This document shows, one piece after another, positions 9,716 through 18,593 of a DNA stretch of 64,000 bases. The position numbers were made by a program, and so were the translations under genes. Numbering within the stretch: position 1 is the first letter of the stretch; each line of letters opens with the position of its first letter. The DNA is taken from NCBI GenBank assembly GCA_043825735.1, contig JBDRRP010000009.1, positions 62,001 to 126,000 on the forward strand, given 5' to 3'. A model generated the notes under the pieces. It saw nothing but the letters and a program-made list of their open reading frames with translations, was not told the origin of the DNA and did no database searches. The DNA is from Pseudomonadota bacterium (GTDB lineage Bacteria > Desulfobacterota > Desulfobacteria > Desulfobacterales > JBDRRP01).

Positions 9716-10732
9716 ATGATCGGTAAACGGTTGACCTTGGTTCTGATGAGCGCTTTTTTCCTGTTGGCTGTCGGATGCGCCCGGACCCCCGCACCGCGGC
9801 AAACAGTCCAGACGCCAGAATACCCTGAAGACCGGTATCTGGTCGCCACCGGATACGGCGACAGCCCGGCGGAGGCAGCAAGGGACGCGCGGGGTGCCAT
9901 GGCCGCGATATTTTCTTCAACCGTTTATGCGGAAACCATGGCCCAGGCCACTTCTGCCTTCGATCTCGACGGGAAAGAGCAGTTCGAGAAACAGGTGGCC
10001 AGCACCGTGCAGGTCATCTCGACGGTAGCCCTTCAAGGGGTTCAGGTGGTCGATCAGGGAAAAGACGCCAAAACAGGTGCCTATGCGGCGCTCGCCGTGC
10101 TGGACCGAAGACAGGCCGCCGCACGCTGGCAGCGGGATTTGGAAGCGGCAGGGGAAAGACTGGACGCCGAGATGGCGGCGCTGCCCGCAGTGACGGGCGC
10201 CCTGTCCCGACTGGCCGCCCTCAATCGGATTACCGGACTCGACCTTGAACAAACCGCTCTGGCCAGCCGCCTGCGCGTGGTGAGGGGGAGCGCCGCGGCG
10301 CTCGCGGCTGATCCTGCCGACATGAAGGCTGTGGTCGTCGAACTGACCGCGCTGCGTCAGAAGATCTCCTTCCTGATTATGCTGGAGGGCGATCAGGCCG
10401 ATGCCGCGATCCCCGTCATTCGGGCGGGGCTGAGCCGTGAAGGGCTGCGCATCACCGACGACGCGGCGACAGCGGCCGGGCGTATCTCCGGAACCATCGC
10501 GCTCCAGCCGCTCAGTATCGATAATCCCAAGGCGCGGTTCGTGCGCGCGCTCATCACTGCCGACCTCGTAGATGCCGGCACCGGCGCCGTATTAATGACG
10601 GTCACAGCCCGGGTGCGCAAGGCCCATGCCGATGAAACCGAAGCGGCCCGGATGGCGGTTCGCGCCGCCGCCGAGCAGGTCGTCTCGGAAATCGCGGCAG
10701 CGCTGGGACAATTGACCAGGACCGGGCAATAG
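9716..10732 (+). CDS. LPP20-domain lipoprotein
   Basis: Lipobox LAVGC; YLVATGYG ... AARDARGAMA ... YAALAVLDR LPP20-like N-terminal domain. Confidence 0.75.
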   Translation: MIGKRLTLVLMSAFFLLAVGCARTPAPRQTVQTPEYPEDRYLVATGYGDSPAEAARDARGAMAAIFSSTVYAETMAQATSAFDLDGKEQFEKQVASTVQVISTVALQGVQVVDQGKDAKTGAYAALAVLDRRQAAARWQRDLEAAGERLDAEMAALPAVTGALSRLAALNRITGLDLEQTALASRLRVVRGSAAALAADPADMKAVVVELTALRQKISFLIMLEGDQADAAIPVIRAGLSREGLRITDDAATAAGRISGTIALQPLSIDNPKARFVRALITADLVDAGTGAVLMTVTARVRKAHADETEAARMAVRAAAEQVVSEIAAALGQLTRTGQ

Positions 10733-10798
10733 CCCCCGGCACCCATTCTAAAAAGGTATTTGGCTTATTCAGGAAGCTCAAGCCGCAACCGGATGCCA

Positions 10799-10999
10799 TT
10801 GCAATCGGGAAAAATGATATCACTGCCAAGTTTACGGAGCACACGGGGGGGGGTAATCCAAAAAGATGTTCTCGCGCAGAGGCGCGGAGACGCAGAGAAC
10901 TGCGGGAAATGGAATTGCGCCAGTGCTTTTCCCTGCGCTCTGCGCCTCTGCGCGAGATATGAATTATAAAATCTCCGTGTCCTGCGTGACTTTGTGGTT
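10799..10999. repeat. Nested palindromic intergenic repeat, family B copy 1
   Basis: Inner arms CTCGCGCAGAGGCGCGGAGACGCAGAG and CTCTGCGCCTCTGCGCGAG; ~175 bp (10799-10973) matches the reverse complement of 16017-16195. Confidence 0.9.
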
Positions 11000-11062
11000 C
11001 AACATCACTGTTAGAAGAGACCTACTGGCGCTTTCTGCATAAAATTTACTGGAGGTGAATTG

Positions 11063-11650
11063 ATGAACGTAAAGCGACTCATGACGGTGGTCTGCTGTTT
11101 GATGGTGGGGTTGATGATCACCGCCTGCGGCAAGCAGGTCAAAAAAGTGGATAACGAAGTGCTGGAAAAGGAGTTCGCGCATGCCCCGGCGTGGGTCCTG
11201 GACGGGTATCTGACCGGTGAGATATCCGGTGTCGGGTCGACCCGGATCGGCAAGGGCGGCATTCAGTTCGCCCGCACCGAGGCGCTGGCCAAGGCGCGCG
11301 ACGAGCTGGCCCGGCAGGTATCGGTAAAGGTGCAGTCCCTGGTGAACAACTTTGTCCAGCAGGTCGGCCTGGGCGATGACCAGATGGCCGACGCCTTTTC
11401 AAAACAGGTGACGCGCCAGGTCACCAACGAGACGCTCGCCGGCTCCAAGCAGCGGGAGATGTGGATCTCCCCGAGTTCGGATCTTTACGTCATCGTGGTC
11501 ATGGATGCCGCGACCGTGAAAGAGAGCGTAAAAAACGGCGTGGTGAGCAGCTTGCGCAAGGACGACGCCCGGTGGCAGGAGTACCAGGCGAAAAATGCCG
11601 ACGCCGAACTGGACAAGGAAATCGAGAAGACGTTTGGCGGGAAACCGTAA
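11063..11650 (+). CDS. LPP20-family lipoprotein
   Basis: GGAGG RBS; lipobox ITAC; APAWV, GVGS, ARTEALAKARDELA and LYVIV LPP20 motifs. Confidence 0.85.
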   Translation: MNVKRLMTVVCCLMVGLMITACGKQVKKVDNEVLEKEFAHAPAWVLDGYLTGEISGVGSTRIGKGGIQFARTEALAKARDELARQVSVKVQSLVNNFVQQVGLGDDQMADAFSKQVTRQVTNETLAGSKQREMWISPSSDLYVIVVMDAATVKESVKNGVVSSLRKDDARWQEYQAKNADAELDKEIEKTFGGKP

Positions 11651-11660
11651 AGGGCGCTTG

Positions 11661-11837
11661 AACCACGAAGTTCACGAAGGGCACGAAGATTTTAACAACC
11701 TGCGGTTGTTGAATTTTTCCGGAATTGTTTGCGGGAAAATCGATTTTAGCAGCCGTCGGCGCCGCAGGCATTCTCTTTCCATCACAAACCGCATCTGTCG
11801 ATAAACCCGGAGAGTTTTCTTCGTGAACTTCGTGGTT
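11661..11837. repeat. Family A palindromic repeat (CACGAAG x3 ... CTTCGTG x2) with an inserted fragment
   Basis: AACCACGAAGTTCACGAAGGGCACGAAG at 11661 and CTTCGTGAACTTCGTGGTT ending 11837; internal 11748-11778 matches 1121-1151 at 26/31. Confidence 0.88.
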
Positions 11838-11904
11838 TTTCATTCAATGGTTCGGGTAACGTTATGAACCAGAGTGAGACGGCTTTCTGACCGTACCCTT
11901 TGGG

Positions 11905-13050
11905 CTATCCCCCGCAGCGTTCGGCAAACCCTTGACCCTTGAAGACGACGTCTTCGCCGAAAAGATCACTGCCCACGGTGACGTCGACGGACGTTTGCTG
12001 GGTGCCGCCCGGGGCCACGGCCTGATCGCCGCGCCATGAGGCCAGCGGGAAATAGGTATCGTCGACGCGGATAAAGCTGTCGAAATTAAGGTGGCATTGG
12101 CTTTTATTTTCCACGGCCAGGCTAAGGGTGTAGCCTTTTTCCTTGCCGGCGGAGGGGGTGATGTTTACGGTGATCTCCCCGGCCGGTCGGTGATCACCGA
12201 AGGTGACGAGCGGTTTCTTGATGAGCCCTGCGACCTTTTCGCCACTGCCCATGGGGGCGTCCATGACGGCCATTTGGAAAGCGGTGGCCGGGGTGCTCTG
12301 GGAGCTGCCTGCCGCAGCGGCTTCAATCGGGGTTGACGTCTCCATGGTTTCTTTGTCATCGGCCGCCTGCCGGGATTCCGCCGGCTCGCCGGCAGTGGCC
12401 GGAGTCGCCGGCCCCGCGGCCATAGCCGCCGCAGGGACTGCCACAGCGGGGGCTGCCGGCGCGGCGCCGGACTGCTGCGCACGCAGCGTGTCCAGATAGG
12501 CCCGCACGTCGGCGGCATCGCGCTTGACCGTCTGCTGGTCCGCTTCCCAGGTCCCACCCATCTGGCTGCCGTCGGGCAGGGAGTAAATCCCGGCGCCGTG
12601 TTTTTTACCCGTTGCCCACTCCCCTTCGTAACTGGCGCCGTTGGGCCAGGAATAAGTGCCGAAACCATGACGCTGATTGTTTTTGAAATTGCCTTTGTAC
12701 ATCGTACCGTCAGGCCATTTGAATACCCCGTAGCCTTCTTTCTGGTCGTCCACCCACCGGCCCTCGTATGACTTGCCGTCCGGCCAGGAGTATGTGCCGA
12801 TGCCTGATTTTTTATCGTTCACCCACTGCCCTGTGTACTGGGCACCACCGGGAAATGTATAGGTCCCGCTGCCGTCAAACGCGCCGCCTTTGAAGTCCCC
12901 GGCATAGGCGGCGCCGTTGGCCCACTCATACCGGCCCTTGCCGTTTCGGCAGTCGCCTTCGACACAGTTGGCGGCGGCTGTTGCCGCCGTCAGCACGACG
13001 AGGACGAAAACGGTCCACACGATTCGGGCCCATCGGTTTGACCACACCAT
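11905..13050 (-). CDS. Secreted MORN-repeat protein with Ala/Pro linker and unknown C-terminal domain
   Basis: Signal peptide; CVEGDCRNGKG followed by tandem Y-x-G-x-W/F ... G-x-G-x-Y-x-W-P-D-G MORN repeats. Confidence 0.88.
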   Translation of the reverse strand: MVWSNRWARIVWTVFVLVVLTAATAAANCVEGDCRNGKGRYEWANGAAYAGDFKGGAFDGSGTYTFPGGAQYTGQWVNDKKSGIGTYSWPDGKSYEGRWVDDQKEGYGVFKWPDGTMYKGNFKNNQRHGFGTYSWPNGASYEGEWATGKKHGAGIYSLPDGSQMGGTWEADQQTVKRDAADVRAYLDTLRAQQSGAAPAAPAVAVPAAAMAAGPATPATAGEPAESRQAADDKETMETSTPIEAAAAGSSQSTPATAFQMAVMDAPMGSGEKVAGLIKKPLVTFGDHRPAGEITVNITPSAGKEKGYTLSLAVENKSQCHLNFDSFIRVDDTYFPLASWRGDQAVAPGGTQQTSVDVTVGSDLFGEDVVFKGQGFAERCGG

Positions 13051-13208
13051 GGCGAGTCTCCCTTGCTGTCGATGTTTTGCGCGGATCCGGTGGCACCGCT
13101 TCGCCCGCGCGCGCGCCGGTTAGGTTGCAATCGGTGCCGACCTCGGTTATGCAGCATGCCATTGGAAGTCGGTCTTGAAAAATGTCGATGTTCAAAGACC
13201 ATCATACT

Positions 13209-13343
13209 TGATGAAACCGTAAAAAGTGATTTTAAACCACAGAGACCGCAGAGGACCCCAGAGAATATTATGAATAAATAATAAGTTATCTCTGCGCTCT
13301 CTGCGTCCTCTGTGGTGATTTCAGACTTTTTACGCGTTTGTCA
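13209..13343. repeat. 135 bp palindromic intergenic repeat, family C copy 2
   Basis: TGATGAAACCGTAAAAAGT ... ACTTTTTACGCGTTTGTCA; same length and internal arms as 7092-7226. Confidence 0.93.
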
Positions 13344-13408
13344 CACTTTATTCTGTATTACGCTTGTCCGGAAAGCTCAAGTTGACTTTGCCCTCAGCAC
13401 TGAGTGTG

Positions 13409-13427
13409 AACCACGAAGTGCACGAAG
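13409..13427. repeat. Isolated left arm of a family A repeat
   Basis: AACCACGAAGTGCACGAAG, identical to the start of the copy at 33477. Confidence 0.75.
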
Positions 13428-13493
13428 AGAGATAAAAATCAGGTGGGTTAGCGTACTTGTCAAAATGATGTCCCGTTTGATCCCTAAGATCCG

Positions 13494-13575
13494 ATCGGGG
13501 TCGGGATCGAAATCGGGATCGAAATCGATGTTTACCACGGTCGATACCGATACCGATTGCGATAGCGATTTCGAT
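13494..13575. repeat. 6-nt-period imperfect palindromic repeat (family D)
   Basis: ATCGGGGTCGGGATCGAAATCGGGATCGAAATCGAT (13494-13529) facing TCGATACCGATACCGATTGCGATAGCGATTTCGAT (13541-13575). Confidence 0.8.
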
Positions 13576-13679
13576 GTGCACACGGCGTTGTTGTGCAAAC
13601 GGAACGTATTTATGACAATGGTGTTGAGTGTTGTCCGTAACCAGAGTCTGTATATTTAAGAACCAGTTGGGAGGCACCC

Positions 13680-14432
13680 ATGATCAGTTTTTTCTCCGGT
13701 CTCGGCTATCAGTTGCGCGGTTTACGGATGGCCTTTCGAACGCCGCGGTTGTTGATGCTGGGTCTGGCACGGCTGCTGGTGGTGCTGGCGCTGGCGGCGG
13801 CGGCATCTGCTGCGGTGCTGGCCTATCATAGCGACATCCTCAATGCGCTGTGGACCCGCCCAGAGAGCGCATGGCTGGTGTGGCTGTGGGTGCTGGCATC
13901 CTGGCTGCTGGCGCTGCTGCTGGTGGGCGTCGCCGCCGTGTGCGCCTATCTGGTGGCGCAGGTGCTGTTTGCCGTAGTGATCATGGACCTGATGTCGCGC
14001 ATCACCGAACGGATGGCCACCGGCGAGGTCCGCTCTTCGCCGGAGGCTTCCCTGGGGCGCCAGCTCGCCTATCTGATCGGGCAGGAAATGCCTCGGGCCA
14101 TTTTGCCGGTGCTGATCAGCCTGCTGGTGTTTGTGGTGGGGTGGCTGACGCCGGCGGGCCCCATCGTGGCGATTCTGTCCTCCCTGACGGCTGCCGTTTT
14201 TCTGGCCTGGGACAACACCGACCTGGTGCCGGCCCGCCGGATGGTGCCTTTCAAGGAGCGCTTCGGCCTTTTTGTAAAGACGCTGCCGTTCCATATCGGG
14301 TTCGGGGTGTGGTTTCTGATTCCGGTGGCCAATATCGTGTTTCTCTGTTTTGCCCCGGTGGGCGCCACGCTCTACCAGGTGGAGAAGCGCGCCGAAGGCG
14401 CCACGGACGCCGGCAATTTACAAAAGCCGTGA
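13680..14432 (+). CDS. EI24/CysZ-like membrane protein
   Basis: GGAGG RBS; several hydrophobic helices; DLMSRITE, AWDNTD and IPVANIVF..FAPVGAT CysZ-like motifs. Confidence 0.75.
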   Translation: MISFFSGLGYQLRGLRMAFRTPRLLMLGLARLLVVLALAAAASAAVLAYHSDILNALWTRPESAWLVWLWVLASWLLALLLVGVAAVCAYLVAQVLFAVVIMDLMSRITERMATGEVRSSPEASLGRQLAYLIGQEMPRAILPVLISLLVFVVGWLTPAGPIVAILSSLTAAVFLAWDNTDLVPARRMVPFKERFGLFVKTLPFHIGFGVWFLIPVANIVFLCFAPVGATLYQVEKRAEGATDAGNLQKP

Positions 14433-14573
14433 AATCGGGTAAGCCTGCCGGACCAGTACCGGGCCGGATGATTTTCTCAACGCAAACAAGCGCCCCGGGT
14501 GGCCGCGGCAGCCGTCGGTACCGGTGACGGCGGCGCAAGGGCGCTGCCCGCGCACTGCCTAAAGGAGAGATCC

Positions 14574-15329
14574 ATGACACGCATCGGCATCATCGGCGGC
14601 TCCGGCCTCGACGACCCTCAAATTCTCAAGGATGCCCATGAAACGGAAGTGATGACGCCCTTTGGTCCGCCGGCCTCGCCGCTGACGGCCGGGCGTATCG
14701 ACGGCGCCGAGGTGGTGATTCTGGCGCGCCACGGGCGCCGCCACCAGTTTTCTCCCACCCAGGTCAACTACCGCGCCAACATCCATGCCCTGAAGGATGC
14801 CGGGGTGAGCCACATCCTTGCCACCAGCGCCTGCGGCAGCCTGCGGGCCCACATCGGCCGCGGCGATCTCGTTTTCATCGACCAGTTCATCGATTTCACG
14901 CGCCACAGGGTCAATACCTTCGCCGATTCTTTCGAAAACGGTGCCTGTCATACCGCCATGGCAGAGCCTTTTGACGCTGCTCTGCGCCGCACCCTTTACC
15001 GCGTCTCAACGGAGCTGGGATACCGATCCCACGACAAAGGCACCATGGTCACCATCGAAGGGCCCCGGTTTTCAACCCGGGCCGAGTCGATCATGTTCCG
15101 CAGCTGGGGGGGAGACGTCATCAACATGTCGGTGGCGACCGAGGCCGCCCTGGCCAACGAGGCGGGGATTCCCTACGCCGTGGTGGCCATGTCCACCGAC
15201 TACGACAGTTGGAACGTGGACGAAGAGCCGGTGACCTGGGACGAGATCCTGGCGGTGTTCAACGAGAACGCCAGCAAGGTCAAGTCGCTGCTGGTGAAGG
15301 CCATACCGGCGATCGCGACTCAGCCGTAA
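14574..15329 (+). CDS. mtnP: S-methyl-5'-thioadenosine phosphorylase
   Basis: AAGGAG RBS; IGIIGGSG, LARHGRRH, VNYRANI, EGPRFSTRAES and STDYD (6-aminopurine-type) motifs. Confidence 0.95.
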   Translation: MTRIGIIGGSGLDDPQILKDAHETEVMTPFGPPASPLTAGRIDGAEVVILARHGRRHQFSPTQVNYRANIHALKDAGVSHILATSACGSLRAHIGRGDLVFIDQFIDFTRHRVNTFADSFENGACHTAMAEPFDAALRRTLYRVSTELGYRSHDKGTMVTIEGPRFSTRAESIMFRSWGGDVINMSVATEAALANEAGIPYAVVAMSTDYDSWNVDEEPVTWDEILAVFNENASKVKSLLVKAIPAIATQP

Positions 15330-15408
15330 CGAACGGCGCCCTGCTGCGGCCGGGCGTCATGAACCAGGGCGCCCGGCGTCCCGCGACACTCTCAGAGCGA
15401 GGTATCCC

Positions 15409-15930
15409 ATGAATATCAAGGACAAAATCCGCACGGTTGCCCACTGGCCCATCGAGGGGGTGATGTTTCGCGACATCACCACGCTGATGCAGGACGCGGA
15501 GGCCTTTCGCGCTACCTGCGACCAGTTCTATGACCGCTACAAGGATATGAAGATAGACAAGGTGGTGGGCATCGACGCCCGGGGGTTCATCTTCGGTGCA
15601 GTGCTGGCGTATCGATTGAATGTCGGGTTTGTCCCCGTGCGAAAGAAGGGAAAGCTGCCGCCGGAGACCATCAGTGAAGAATATACCCTCGAGTACGGGT
15701 CCGCGACCGTGGAAATGAGCGAGAATGCCATTGCCAAGGGCGAGAAGGTGCTCATTGTGGACGACCTCATCGCCACCGGCGGCACGATTTACGCCGCCAC
15801 CAAGCTGGTGGAGAAACTGGGCGGCGAGATCGTGGAGTGCGCCTTCATCGTCGAGCTGCCCGATCTCAACGGCCGTCAGAAAATCGCCAAATACCCCATA
15901 TTTACCTTGACCGAATTCGAAGGCGATTAA
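15409..15930 (+). CDS. apt: Adenine phosphoribosyltransferase
   Basis: FRDITTL, ARGFIFG, RKKGKLP, YTLEYG and PRPP motif VLIVDDLIATGGT. Confidence 0.97.
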   Translation: MNIKDKIRTVAHWPIEGVMFRDITTLMQDAEAFRATCDQFYDRYKDMKIDKVVGIDARGFIFGAVLAYRLNVGFVPVRKKGKLPPETISEEYTLEYGSATVEMSENAIAKGEKVLIVDDLIATGGTIYAATKLVEKLGGEIVECAFIVELPDLNGRQKIAKYPIFTLTEFEGD

Positions 15931-15973
15931 ACTGCGGCCGATACTGCCGGCACTCAGTTATATGAAAAACCGC

Positions 15974-16008
15974 TGGGGGCGGTGGCGATGGCCACCGCCC
16001 CCATTTTT
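15974..16008 (+). terminator. Rho-independent terminator after apt
   Basis: TGGGGGCGGTGGC-GATG-GCCACCGCCCCCA stem followed by TTTTT. Confidence 0.8.
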
Positions 16009-16016
16009 GACCCATG

Positions 16017-16251
16017 GATTTTATAATTCATATCTCCCGCAGAGGCGCAGAGACGCAGGGAAAAAGCACTCGCGCAATTCAATTTCTCGCAGTTCTCTGC
16101 GTCTCCGCGCCTCTGCGCGAGAACATCTTTTTGGGTTAATAAACCTCCGTGTGCTCCGTGAACGCCGCAGTGATATGATTTTTCCCCCGATTCCAAAGCG
16201 TTGCGATCGTTGCGCCGTTGCGTGAGATCCCCACTTTTTACGGAACTGCCA
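16017..16251. repeat. Family B copy 2 (inverted) joined to a CGCAACG-type arm and a family-C-like right end
   Basis: 16017-16195 is the reverse complement of 10799-10973; then CGTTGCGATCGTTGCGCCGTTGCGTGAG and ACTTTTTACGGAACTGCCA (16233-16251). Confidence 0.85.
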
Positions 16252-16269
16252 CTATTGTCGAAAGGCTCA

Positions 16270-17592
16270 TTATGCTTTGACAGCGGCAATGGCGGTGGCC
16301 ACGTCGTTGACGGCCGCCATGAGGGCGTCAACATCGAGGGTCAACAGGCGCCGGTCGCGGACCGTCCACCGGCCGGCTACCAGCACGTGGCGCACGTCTT
16401 CGGCCCGGGCCGCGTAGACGATGTGGGAGGCCGGGTGGTACATGGGGGTGAGGTGGGGGGCGCGGGTGTCGATGAGGATGAGATCAGCCGCTTTTCCCGT
16501 TTCGATGGATCCGGTGACCTCTCCCAGGCCGATGGCCGCCGCGCCGCCGATGGTGCCTGCTTGGATGATCTCGCGGGCCCCGGCAGCGGTGGGATCCATC
16601 TCGACGGTTTTATGCAGCCGGGCGGCGGTGGTCAATTCGGCCAGCATGTCCAGCGTGTTGTTGCTGGCGGCCCCGTCGGTGCCCAGCCCGACCCGAAGGC
16701 CTTCATCGAAAAATGCCTGAACCGGACTGTTGCCGGAAGCCAGCTTCATGCTGCTGCGGGGGCAGTGGGCGATACCCGGGCGCCGGCGGGCCAGAATTTC
16801 CCGGTCGGCCGCGTCGACCCATATGGCGTGGACGCACAGCGTGTTTTCGTCGAGCACGCCCAGTTGGTCCAGGTAGGCCACCGGTGAGACGCCATGTGCG
16901 GCGATGCAGTCGGTGCGTTCCTGCTCGGTTTCGGCCACGTGGATTTGAAACAGTACCCCGCCCGCGTCGGCGAGCGTCTTGCCCCTGCGTATGGTGTCGG
17001 CCGAGCAGGTGTAGGGGGCGTGGCAAAAAACCGATGGTGTGATCAATCCGCAGCGCCCGGTCCAATTTGCCACGAAGGTCTCCGCTGCGGCGATGTTCAG
17101 CGCAGGATCGGGAACGCCGGGCGCCGGAAAATCGATGACGCCCTGGGCCAGGACCGCCCGCAGGCCGGCCTCGGCCACGGCGGCCGCCACCAGATTTTCC
17201 AGGAAATAGCCGTCGCAGCAGGTCGTGGTGCCCGACAGCAACATCTCGGCGCAGGCCAGCCGTGCGGCCGGGGCGACGGTTTCTGGCGAGATCCACCGGC
17301 TCTCGGCGGGAAATATGTGCCTGGTCAGCCATTCGTGCAGCGGCAGATCGTCGGCCATCCCCCGGAAAAGGACCATGGGCAGGTGCGTGTGGGTATTGAT
17401 CAAGCCAGGCATGACGATGTGCCCGGCCGCGTCCACTTCTTCTATGGCCGGTGGGACGGTGCCGGCGGCCGGCATGGGACCCACCCGGGTGATCTTGCCG
17501 TCGCGGATACCCACCATGCCCCGGGCAATGACGTCAAATGCCGGATTCACGGTGATGATGGCGGCATTGAGGATGAGAATATCGTCGGTCAC
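16270..17592 (-). CDS. mtaD: Amidohydrolase, 5'-methylthioadenosine/S-adenosylhomocysteine deaminase family
   Basis: PGLINTHTH, FRGMADDLPL..WL..HIFPAE, HAPYTC, IHVAET and LGTDGAASNN motifs; purine-salvage context. Confidence 0.8.
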   Translation of the reverse strand: MTDDILILNAAIITVNPAFDVIARGMVGIRDGKITRVGPMPAAGTVPPAIEEVDAAGHIVMPGLINTHTHLPMVLFRGMADDLPLHEWLTRHIFPAESRWISPETVAPAARLACAEMLLSGTTTCCDGYFLENLVAAAVAEAGLRAVLAQGVIDFPAPGVPDPALNIAAAETFVANWTGRCGLITPSVFCHAPYTCSADTIRRGKTLADAGGVLFQIHVAETEQERTDCIAAHGVSPVAYLDQLGVLDENTLCVHAIWVDAADREILARRRPGIAHCPRSSMKLASGNSPVQAFFDEGLRVGLGTDGAASNNTLDMLAELTTAARLHKTVEMDPTAAGAREIIQAGTIGGAAAIGLGEVTGSIETGKAADLILIDTRAPHLTPMYHPASHIVYAARAEDVRHVLVAGRWTVRDRRLLTLDVDALMAAVNDVATAIAAVKA

Positions 17593-18593
17593 GGGATGGG
17601 CGTCCTTTTAAAATCAATGAGCACCTTCAGCGTGTTCGGCGACCGGGCCAGTGCAAATGCCTCAAGGGCGCGCGCCACCGGGAAGCGCGCGGTGATCAAG
17701 CGCTCCAGCGGCATGTCGGGATGTGTTTCCATCATCTTCAGGCCCTCGGCGAGCCGCCCGCAACGGGAGCCCACCACGGTCAGCTCGTTGACCACCAATG
17801 GGGCGAGATTGAGGGCGGTGGTTGCCGCTACGGTCGATTTCATCACCAGGGTACCCCGGGGGCGGCACAGCGCCATGGCTTCCTGAAGTCCTCCGGCGGC
17901 GCCGGTGGCCTCGACCACGACGTCAGCGCCGGTCGGGATTCCGGCCGACCCGTTTCGGGTCTTGAGTCCGTTCCAGGCGGCGGTGGCCAGTTTTTCATCA
18001 TGATGCCCCACGAGGGTCACCTCGCCGGCAACGGTGGTCAGGACCCAGGCGCATAGGATCCCCAGCCGGCCGTCGCCCATGACCACCACGCGCTCGCTGC
18101 CGGTGAACGCCACCTGATCCAGGATCTCGCAGGCGGCCGCCAGCGGTTCGCAGAATACGGCCCGATCATCGGAAACCGCGTCCGGTACCCCGTTGAGGTT
18201 GCTCCGGGGCAGGGTGCAATAGTCGGCCATGCAACCGTCGAGACCGGCGATGCCCAGGACGCTGCGGTTGGGACAGTGGCGGCCGAGCCCTGATCGGCAG
18301 GCCCCGCAGCCGCCGCAGGCGGCATTGATGTCGCCAACGACGCGCCGGCCCTGCCACCGGGGATCGTCGGCCGCGGTCACCGTTCCCACGAATTCATGCC
18401 CGAGGACCCCGGAAAACGCCATGTAGCCTTTCATCAATTCGAGATCCGTCTGGCAGATGCCGGCGGTATGGACACGGATCTGAACCCAGCCCGGTGGCGG
18501 GATCGGCTGGCCGCGATCGGTGACAAGCCGTAGACGGTTGTCGTAGAGCACGGCCCTCATCGTGTTTTCAGCAGCGATTGGTGACGCTGTCAT
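17589..18593 (-). CDS. Zinc-dependent medium-chain alcohol dehydrogenase (MDR)
   Basis: GICQTD, GHEFVG, CGGCGACRSG...HC structural Zn motif, GDGRLG and VGSRCG; start at 18593 overlaps the PNP stop (ATGA). Confidence 0.9.
   Translation of the reverse strand: MTASPIAAENTMRAVLYDNRLRLVTDRGQPIPPPGWVQIRVHTAGICQTDLELMKGYMAFSGVLGHEFVGTVTAADDPRWQGRRVVGDINAACGGCGACRSGLGRHCPNRSVLGIAGLDGCMADYCTLPRSNLNGVPDAVSDDRAVFCEPLAAACEILDQVAFTGSERVVVMGDGRLGILCAWVLTTVAGEVTLVGHHDEKLATAAWNGLKTRNGSAGIPTGADVVVEATGAAGGLQEAMALCRPRGTLVMKSTVAATTALNLAPLVVNELTVVGSRCGRLAEGLKMMETHPDMPLERLITARFPVARALEAFALARSPNTLKVLIDFKRTPIP

Noticed and set aside
13312..13677. ORFs 13312-13659, 13348-13677 and other short ORFs over repeats (7164-7500, 10760-10969, 15954-16334)
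   Set aside because: They translate repeat DNA (SGSGSKS, DTDTDCD, LCALCA patterns) and are unlikely to be real genes.
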